Origin: Candidatus Pacearchaeota archaeon
GTDB taxonomy: Archaea > Nanobdellota > Nanobdellia > Pacearchaeales > GW2011-AR1
Length of the DNA: 10,262 nucleotides
Assembly: GCA_002687255.1 (NCBI GenBank)
Contig: NYZR01000010.1
Location: forward strand, 1-10,262
Direction: 5' to 3'
Part shown: in pieces, positions 1-4,679 of the stretch
Layout: every line of letters starts with the position of its first letter
Numbering within the stretch: the stretch's first letter is position 1
Notes under the pieces: generated by a model
Told to the model about the DNA's origin: nothing
Database searches by the model: none
What the model saw: only the letters and a program-made list of their open reading frames with translations
Program-made: the position numbers and the translations under genes

Positions 1-39
1 AAGAGTGATGTGTTGACGGTTGTAGCGACGGCTGCTTAA
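1..39 (+). CDS. possible 3' end of an upstream + strand gene (partial, 12 codons)
   Basis: Frame 1 is open from the window edge to TAA at 37-39 (KSDVLTVVATAA*). Its G/T-ending codons match the other + strand genes, and T-runs follow. It is too short to support further. Confidence 0.2.
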   Translation, partial: KSDVLTVVATAA

Positions 40-71
40 TTTTTTCATCGTGCTTGGAGCGCTCGTTTTTT
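40..71 (+). terminator. two oligo-T runs (T6 at 40-45 and T6 at 66-71), archaeal-style termination signals
   Basis: Archaeal RNAP terminates at oligo-T tracts. Both runs lie between the putative upstream stop (37-39) and the next promoter (122-128). Confidence 0.3.
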
Positions 72-121
72 GATATCGTGTTACAGCGAACACAGGGCGA
101 TGCTACATCTCCTGGGAAAGG

Positions 122-128
122 TATATAA
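122..128 (+). promoter_or_regulatory. TATA box (TATATAA) preceded by purine-rich BRE-like GGAAAGG
   Basis: tatataa at 122-128 lies 29 nt upstream of ATG 151. The same 27-31 nt spacing recurs at five other operon-head genes in this window, which fits leaderless transcripts. Confidence 0.55.
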
Positions 129-150
129 CGGGATCTATCTTGTTGGAATT

Positions 151-1260
151 ATGGGGAGATGTTTGTTTTTTGGTTTGTTTGTATTGGTGTTGTTTGCAGG
201 TTTGGCAAGTGCGGCTTTGGGGATCAGTCCGGCGAAGTTAACTTATGATTTCGTTCCGGGGATGGAGCATGAGATTGAGTATACTGTTATTTCTGATCGG
301 CCAGATCAGGTGGCTTTTGTTTATAGTGAGGGGGCGTTAGGTGAGTTGGTTGGTGTGAGCAGGGAGAAGGTGGTTGGGGAGGAGCAGTTTGTGGCGACTC
401 TGCGATTTCCGCAGACTATGGGGAAGCCTGGAAGGCACAGGATTTATGTGGTGGCTAGTGAACAGAAGGCTGAGGGGATTGAGCCGTTGGGATCTGCCGT
501 GACAGTGCGGGCAGTGATTGAGGTGTTTGTTCCGTATCCTGGACAGTATGTGGATGTTGCTCTGGATGTTTCGAATGGAAATGTTGATGAGACGATTCCT
601 TTGGTTTTGAAGTTGGAGAGTTTGGGGACTGAGAACGTGACTGTTTCTCCGAGAGTTGAGGTGTTTGATCGTGATGGGACGCAGGTCGCTACACGTGGGT
701 TTGATTCGTTCTTGTTGCCTAGTCGGGAGAGGAAGGATGTGCATGCTGAGATGTCGACGATGGGTTGGAAGCCGGGAGAGTTTCTTGCTGTTGGAAAAGC
801 GAGCTTTGCTGGACAGACTAATGATGTGAATAAGACGTTTCTTGTCGGTTCTTTGTTCGTGAATGTGACGAATCATACTGAGAGATTGGTGAGGCAGGAA
901 GGGATTCAGAAGTTTTTGGTAAACGTGGAGAGTCGTTGGAATGGGGCTTTGGATGAGGTGTTTGCCGAGGTGAATCTTTCGAATGAAGAAGGCAGTGTTT
1001 TTGTGAAGACGCCTTCCGTTTCTTTGAGACCCTGGGAATTTGCGGAGCTTGTTGCTTTCGTAGATACTGATGAATTGGATGGGGTGTATCAGAGCGAAAT
1101 TGTGGTGAGGTATGCTGGTGTGAGCACGAGAGTGTTTGGTTTGTTGGAAGTTGGATCTGCAGAGCAGGTTTGGATGTGGGTTCTTGTTCTTGTTGTGGTT
1201 GCTTTGTTCTTGTGGAAGCGTTCGGTTTCGGAGCATGGGAAGCAAGATGAAAAGCGATAG
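151..1260 (+). CDS. secreted, C-terminally membrane-anchored surface protein with multiple Ig/CARDB-like beta-sandwich domains (hypothetical)
   Basis: ORF 70..1260 trimmed to ATG 151, which has the TATA at -29. The N-terminus MGRCLFFGLFVLVLFAGLASA|AL looks like a Sec signal peptide. About 330 aa of beta-rich sequence follow, enough for about 3 beta-sandwich domains. The C-terminal TM VWMWVLVLVVVALFLW is followed by a basic tail, KRSVSEHGKQDEKR. N-glycosylation sequons are present (NVT x2, NKT, NHT, NLS). The stop is TAG. The family cannot be named without an HMM search. Confidence 0.85.
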   Translation: MGRCLFFGLFVLVLFAGLASAALGISPAKLTYDFVPGMEHEIEYTVISDRPDQVAFVYSEGALGELVGVSREKVVGEEQFVATLRFPQTMGKPGRHRIYVVASEQKAEGIEPLGSAVTVRAVIEVFVPYPGQYVDVALDVSNGNVDETIPLVLKLESLGTENVTVSPRVEVFDRDGTQVATRGFDSFLLPSRERKDVHAEMSTMGWKPGEFLAVGKASFAGQTNDVNKTFLVGSLFVNVTNHTERLVRQEGIQKFLVNVESRWNGALDEVFAEVNLSNEEGSVFVKTPSVSLRPWEFAELVAFVDTDELDGVYQSEIVVRYAGVSTRVFGLLEVGSAEQVWMWVLVLVVVALFLWKRSVSEHGKQDEKR

Positions 1261-1666
1261 AGTTTTGTTGCTGGCGGTAGCTGTTTTGGTTTTTGCTGTT
1301 TTGGTTTTTGCTGTTTCTTTGTCTGATTTTTTCGGCTGGGTCGCTGTTGATACAGAAAGGGTTTATGCTAGTGTTAATGTCTCTGATCGTGTGGGTTTTA
1401 ATGTGAATGGCAGCGCTTTGACTTTTGGGAGTATTCTTCCAGGAGGATCTTCTTCGAGATCTGTTATTTTTCAGAATACTTATTCTTTTCCTGTTGAATT
1501 GAGGATTTCTGTGGAAGGAGATATTGCTGGGCTTGTTCAGGTTGGGGATGGGTGGGAGATTCCTGTTGGTGGAGGGTTGGAGATTCCCTTCTCTGTTTAT
1601 GCTGGGCCTGGTGTTCGACAGGGTTTTTCTGACGGATTTGTGGTGTTTCGGATTTTGAGACAATGA
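1235..1666 (+). CDS. small N-terminally anchored single beta-sandwich (PapD/ASH/DUF1573-like pattern) surface protein (hypothetical)
   Basis: ORF 1136..1666 trimmed to ATG 1235; ATG 1247 is an alternative (MKSDRVLLL...). It overlaps the upstream stop (1258-1260) by 14-26 nt, which suggests translational coupling. The TM/signal anchor is LLLAVAVLVFAVLVFAV. About 110 aa follow with an LTFGSILPGGSSSRSVIFQN...PVELRISVEG pattern typical of Ig-like folds. The stop is TGA. Confidence 0.75.
   Translation: MGSKMKSDRVLLLAVAVLVFAVLVFAVSLSDFFGWVAVDTERVYASVNVSDRVGFNVNGSALTFGSILPGGSSSRSVIFQNTYSFPVELRISVEGDIAGLVQVGDGWEIPVGGGLEIPFSVYAGPGVRQGFSDGFVVFRILRQ
1280..1316 (+). repeat. 15-bp perfect tandem duplication (gctgttttggttttt x2 plus 7-nt partial third copy) inside the TM-coding segment
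   Basis: Copies lie at 1280-1294 and 1295-1309, with a partial copy at 1310-1316. The duplication is in frame and encodes AVLVF-AVLVF-AV. Confidence 0.9.
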
Positions 1667-1790
1667 GATTTGAGCTTGCGCAACCTCCTTGCTTTAGCTC
1701 GTGTGCAAGCAAGCACAAATCTCGAGCGTGAACTACCCGGGGGGCGGAGGACGCCCCAGGCTTTAGCCCGGGGTGGTTCACACAATGAGG
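1660..1790. ncRNA. candidate structured RNA or structured intergenic element (class unknown, strand undetermined)
   Basis: A 190-bp gap lies between CDSs. The segment is locally GC-rich and C-containing within an otherwise G+T-rich strand. Nested complementarity: stem 1674-1682/1702-1710 (9 bp, one GU), stem 1728-1738/1771-1781 (11 bp, one GU), enclosed hairpin 1741-1746/1752-1757 (GGGGCG/CGCCCC, loop GAGGA), and a mini-hairpin 1759-1761/1766-1768. The motif GCTTTAGC(T/C)CG occurs twice (1691-1701, 1760-1770). ACAATGAG flanks the element on both sides (1660-1667, 1782-1789). Only short, implausible ORFs cross it on either strand. Confidence 0.4.
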
Positions 1791-1827
1791 TTCTTGGTCT
1801 TGGTGAGATGCTTTTGCGAAGCCAAAG

Positions 1828-1835
1828 ATATTTAA
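1828..1835 (+). promoter_or_regulatory. TATA box (ATATTTAA) with upstream purine-rich CCAAAG
   Basis: It lies 30 nt upstream of ATG 1858, the same geometry as the other operon heads. Confidence 0.5.
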
Positions 1836-1857
1836 GAGTGATCTTCTTGGTGTTGAG

Positions 1858-3303
1858 ATGTTGAAGAGGGGGATGAGGAATGGTTTTCGTGTGGTATTGT
1901 TTTTCGTAATTTTTTTGTCGGTGTTTATGTTGTTGGGTAACGTGTTGTTGTATGCTTCGTATCAGCAGTTAGTTGGTGTTCATGGAAGAGCGACGGAAGG
2001 GAGTATTGGTTTTACTGTTGTTGATAGCACCAGTCCTAATGTGACAATTGTTTTTCCTGAAGCTGTTCAGTATACTTCTAGCACTGTGGATATCAATCTT
2101 AGCTTACATGAGTCTGGCTATTGTGAATATTCTCTTGATGGTGGGGTGACGAATAATACTCTGACGGCAAGAGATGGAAATACTAGTTATACTGGAGATA
2201 CAGGTAGCATAGATGATGCGTTGTATACGTTTCGGGCATATTGTAATGATACTTCTGGGAATCGGAATGATACCGAGTTTCTTGCCTTTTCTGTTTCTAC
2301 TGGCACTTCTAGCGACGCCGCTGCTGGCGGGGGCGGCGGAGGGGGTGGTGGAGGCGGTGGAAGTAGTCCTGCGAAGGAAACTACTTGGGTGGTTGATGTT
2401 GCTCGGTTGAAGGCTTCTGCGAATTTGGGCGAGACTAAGAAAAAGTATTTCCAGATCACAAATAATGGGGTGACTGCCTTGGTTTTCACGCTTCGTCATA
2501 ATGTGGATTCCTATCTTTCTTTTTCCGACGATTCTTTGGAGATTGATCCGAATACTTCAAAGAAGGTGACTGCGACCTTTAAGGCACCTGAGAGAGGAAA
2601 ACCTGATGTCTATACAGGGGAGATTACTGTTTCTACGAAGGGTTCTAAGAAGAAGATCCCAGTTATTTTTGAGGTTAGCTCAGGGAAGGCGCTTATTGAT
2701 ATGAGTGTTTATATTCCTCCTGTGTCTCAGAAATTAGGGGTCGGAGAGGATTTGACATTTGATGTTGAGCTTGATCCTGCTGAGGAAGGCGAACGTGAGG
2801 TGACCCTTTTGTATATGGTAAAGGACTTTTCTGATGTCGTTCATCTTCAGTATGAAGAGGTTGTGATGTTGGATAAGGCGATGGCACACCGGGTTTCTTT
2901 GGATGCAAGTGATCTTCTCGATGGGGAGTATATTCTGGTTGTGGCCGCTACTGATAGTCATGGCACAAGTGTGGATTCCCAGGTGTTTACTGTTGATCTT
3001 GGTGTTGCTCTTTCTGCTTCTTTTGGCATGGATCATTTTTCTTTGTTGTGGTTTGCGTTGGTTGCTCTTATTGCTGTTGCTCTGGGATGGTTCTTGTGGA
3101 TACATCATAGGGGTCATGGGAGGGGTGGTCGGTTTAGGAGGAGGCGCTCTTCAGGGTTTGCGGCGTCTCTAGGTCTTGGTGAGTTACAAGGGAAGTTGAT
3201 GGCTCTAGAGGAAGCGAAAGCTGGAGGGTTCGTGAAGGATTCATCTTATAGGAAAGGGAAGCGATCTCTTTCGTCTAAAATGAAGAAGAGGTTGGGGCGG
3301 TGA
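1858..3303 (+). CDS. bitopic modular surface protein: N-terminal anchor, Cys-containing glycosylated Ig-like domain, Gly12 linker, two Ig-like domains, TM, basic SHOCT-like cytoplasmic tail (hypothetical)
   Basis: 481-aa ORF. The N-terminal TM is FRVVLFFVIFLSVFMLLGNVLLYA. The domain SPNVTIVFPEAVQYTSSTVDINLSLHESGYCEYSLDGG...YTFRAYCNDTSGN resembles the 'TPPxITIxSP...YSLDGG...NDTAGN' Ig-like module common in archaeal adhesin-like proteins, and it carries 6 NxS/T sequons. The G12 linker is at 2326-2361. Two further beta-sandwich-like segments follow. The second TM is FSLLWFALVALIAVALGWFLWI, followed by HHRGHGRGGRFRRRR and LQGKLMALEEAKAGGFVKDSSYRKGKRSL (SHOCT-like L..L..a..G.i....Y...K pattern). 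The stop is TGA. Confidence 0.85.
   Translation: MLKRGMRNGFRVVLFFVIFLSVFMLLGNVLLYASYQQLVGVHGRATEGSIGFTVVDSTSPNVTIVFPEAVQYTSSTVDINLSLHESGYCEYSLDGGVTNNTLTARDGNTSYTGDTGSIDDALYTFRAYCNDTSGNRNDTEFLAFSVSTGTSSDAAAGGGGGGGGGGGGSSPAKETTWVVDVARLKASANLGETKKKYFQITNNGVTALVFTLRHNVDSYLSFSDDSLEIDPNTSKKVTATFKAPERGKPDVYTGEITVSTKGSKKKIPVIFEVSSGKALIDMSVYIPPVSQKLGVGEDLTFDVELDPAEEGEREVTLLYMVKDFSDVVHLQYEEVVMLDKAMAHRVSLDASDLLDGEYILVVAATDSHGTSVDSQVFTVDLGVALSASFGMDHFSLLWFALVALIAVALGWFLWIHHRGHGRGGRFRRRRSSGFAASLGLGELQGKLMALEEAKAGGFVKDSSYRKGKRSLSSKMKKRLGR
2326..2361 (+). repeat. imperfect GGN x12 tract encoding a Gly12 linker
   Basis: ggc ggg ggc ggc gga ggg ggt ggt gga ggc ggt gga. It is in frame within the 1858..3303 CDS, flanked by SSDAAA and SSPAKE. 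Confidence 0.95.
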
Positions 3304-3313
3304 AATACTTGTC

Positions 3314-3318
3314 TTTTT
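3314..3318 (+). terminator. oligo-T (T5) 11 nt after the TGA stop of the 1858..3303 gene
   Basis: tgaaatacttgtcTTTTTcc. Archaeal terminators are simple T-runs. The tract is short, so the call is weak. Confidence 0.3.
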
Positions 3319-3337
3319 CCAAAAAATGCCTTCGTGG

Positions 3338-3509
3338 CACGCCTCTGTTTTGCTCTGTTTGTGGATGTGCATCATGGCGCTTCGTGAGCCCATTTTTTGT
3401 TGCGTCTTTGGATCCGCCACCCCTTTTTCCCCACAGGTTCGCTGTGGCGCATACATCCACTGCTCTTGGTTACTACAGTGCTCTCTCCCCACGCCCTTCT
3501 GTTTTGCTC
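3338..3509 (+). repeat. imperfect direct repeat CACGCC(CT)TCTGTTTTGCTC (3338-3355 and 3490-3509) bracketing a roughly 135-bp non-coding segment
   Basis: The 12-nt core tctgttttgctc is identical at 3344-3355 and 3498-3509. Both copies are preceded by cacgcc, and the second has a 2-nt insertion. Between them, an 8-bp perfect long-range stem pairs 3361-3368 (gtggatgt) with 3453-3460 (acatccac), and a hairpin forms at 3431-3436/3442-3447 (CCACAG gttcg CTGTGG). Confidence 0.5.
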
Positions 3510-3518
3510 GCCACAATG

Positions 3519-3526
3519 TTTATAAA
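3519..3526 (+). promoter_or_regulatory. TATA box (TTTATAAA)
   Basis: This is the best TATA match in the 3304-3570 spacer. It lies 52 nt upstream of the GTG 3571 start, so this gene would carry a short 5' UTR, unlike the leaderless genes. Alternatively it drives something else. Confidence 0.4.
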
Positions 3527-3570
3527 GAACTTTTCGTTGGGTAGGATAAGCACAACATGGGGTTGCGAGC

Positions 3571-4098
3571 GTGGCAAGTAGTGCTGGCTCACGACGGTTG
3601 GTTGCCTGGTTCAAGAAGAGTGTTCGGGAAGGGTATCCGATTAACAGGTGTGTGGAGGTCTTGCTGGACAATGGCTATGATCCTGTGATGGTGAGGGAGG
3701 CTGTAGAGCTTTATCACGGAGTGAGACCCAGGAAGGAGAAGGCTGAGAAAAAGAAAACAGGGAAATCAAAAAAAATGCCGGCGAAAAAATCTACGGGGAA
3801 GAAGGGTTCTTCTATGTCTGGGACTTCTGCATTGTCTGGAGCCATTCAAGATCTTGAGAGTGAGTTGATGAAGCTAGGGAAGAAGAAGCATGAAATTGAG
3901 GATGCTGTAGCTTCGGTCTCTGCTGAGGTGGCGTATTCACAGGCTCGGGAGAGAGAGTTCCAGCAGAAGATTTCTGCGTTGATTGCTGAGGAAGGGAGTT
4001 TGAAGAATCGTGAGAAGAATTTGCAGGCTCGGTTGGATAGAGTTGGGGATAAGATGGCGAAGGTTGCGAAGATTCGTGCTGAGATGGGTGATGTTTAG
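3571..4098 (+). CDS. hypothetical protein: small N-terminal helical domain, Lys-rich linker, C-terminal coiled coil
   Basis: 175-aa ORF with a GTG start; the start is uncertain. The N-terminal LVAWFKKSVREGYPINRCVEVLLDNGYDPVMVREAVELY matches the '...GYs...I...L...Gw....I..A' helical module seen at the N-termini of many small archaeal proteins. The linker is RPRKEKAEKKKTGKSKKMPAKKSTGKKGSS. A heptad-like E/K/L/A-rich region runs from about residue 95 to 175. The stop is TAG. Confidence 0.7.
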   Translation: MASSAGSRRLVAWFKKSVREGYPINRCVEVLLDNGYDPVMVREAVELYHGVRPRKEKAEKKKTGKSKKMPAKKSTGKKGSSMSGTSALSGAIQDLESELMKLGKKKHEIEDAVASVSAEVAYSQAREREFQQKISALIAEEGSLKNREKNLQARLDRVGDKMAKVAKIRAEMGDV

Positions 4099-4137
4099 TA
4101 TAGAAATGTTTAAGTAGGGTTTCTTGGTGAGGTGTGT

Positions 4138-4452
4138 ATGTTTGGACTGATTCAAGAAAGATATCAGAGTCTTTCTGAGAAGTATACAGCTCTTGATCAT
4201 CAAAGAAGTTCTCAGAGGGTGACTGTTGGTGGGAAGGAGCCACTTACTCTTTCTTATGATCGTTTGAATGGATTTCTCTTCGGTGAGAATGATGTTCCTG
4301 CGTCTGATGATCGAATTGCTCAGGTGAGATTGTATGGCGATGAGCATGGGTTTTTCCCCGAAGTTGTTGATGAAGGGGGTGTTGATAGAACTTCATTAGC
4401 ACTGCAGCAGGTTTTGCGAGTGGTTCAGTTTCACAGGGATTTACCGTCTTAG
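4138..4452 (+). CDS. hypothetical small protein (104 aa)
   Basis: ORF 4132..4452 trimmed to ATG 4138. A Shine-Dalgarno-like GGTGAGGTG at 4126-4134 is complementary to the archaeal 16S 3' end; its GGTGA core lies 7 nt upstream of the ATG. Codon usage is G/T-ending like the other + genes. The segment LTLSYDRLNGFLF...DDRIAQVRLYGDEHGF faintly resembles DUF2283-type small beta proteins; this is unverified. The stop is TAG. Confidence 0.6.
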   Translation: MFGLIQERYQSLSEKYTALDHQRSSQRVTVGGKEPLTLSYDRLNGFLFGENDVPASDDRIAQVRLYGDEHGFFPEVVDEGGVDRTSLALQQVLRVVQFHRDLPS

Positions 4453-4459
4453 CTTCTAT

Positions 4460-4678
4460 TTATTCTTGGCAGCCTCTGTTTATCAATTCGGTTCGTGCTG
4501 CTGATGCTTCTAGGCCTGAGGGGAGTGAATGGTCTGTTAGGTGGACAAGGGTTCTCGCTAATAGATTGAGTTGTTGTGCGGCTTCGTATTTTTGGATGGT
4601 GGCTCGGAGCTCTTTTGGAGATCCTCTTCGTGCTTGTGCTTCACGTTGCTGTCCTTCTTGGTATTGTTTGAGAAACAT
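4460..4678 (-). CDS. possible small helical protein (72 aa), doubtful
   Basis: The ATG at 4678 starts 1 nt after the prf1 TAA (TAACATG). The ORF exactly fills the 227-bp gap between the convergent genes, and the stop is TAA at 4460-4462. Against it: the minus strand is stop-codon-poor because of the composition skew, so ORFs of this size arise by chance. There is no SD, and the Q/E/A/R-rich sequence has no recognisable motif. Confidence 0.3.
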   Translation of the reverse strand: MFLKQYQEGQQREAQARRGSPKELRATIQKYEAAQQLNLLARTLVHLTDHSLPSGLEASAARTELINRGCQE

Positions 4679-4679
4679 G

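Noticed and set aside
70-150. Upstream extension of the first surface-protein ORF (TTG 70 or ATG 100)
   Set aside because: The extension contains the TATA box itself (122-128) and would bury the signal peptide 27 residues inside the protein. ATG 151 gives a canonical signal peptide at the N-terminus.
337-1663. Two very long minus-strand ORFs (337..1245, 302 aa; 818..1663, 281 aa) antisense to the first two + genes
   Set aside because: Their products are low-complexity P/N/H/Q/K/S/T/R strings (A/C-rich codons) with no motifs. They exist because the A+C-rich minus strand rarely forms stop codons. The + strand frames have signal peptides, TM anchors and domain-like sequence.
1464-1864. ORFs 1464..1781(-), 1597..1785(-) and 1670..1864(+) crossing the GC-rich element
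   Set aside because: They are short, mutually overlapping and have no start context or coding-like composition. The region is better explained by its base-pairing pattern. I also tried tRNA, 5S rRNA (minus strand GAACCACCCCGGGCUAAAGCC vaguely recalls the 5S loop C region) and C/D-box models, and none fitted convincingly, so no class is claimed.
2326-2361. G-rich tract as a G-quadruplex or phase-variation switch
   Set aside because: It is an imperfect GGN repeat that is fully explained as a Gly12 linker in frame. It is not a perfect SSR, so slippage-based on/off switching is unlikely. It is retained only as a possible length polymorphism.
1796-3183. Exact 12-nt repeat GGTCTTGGTGAG at 1796-1807 and 3172-3183
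   Set aside because: In a 10-kb window with strongly biased (G+T-rich) composition, a few 12-mer coincidences are expected by chance. No extended similarity flanks either copy.
3431-3460. T-arm-like hairpin CCACAG-GTTCG-CTGTGG followed by a stem to 3361-3368, suggesting a tRNA or intron-containing tRNA
   Set aside because: No cloverleaf can be drawn. The 17 nt preceding the 3' acceptor-like strand do not form a T-arm, the loop lacks the TTCRA consensus, and no D-arm or anticodon arm could be identified on either strand.
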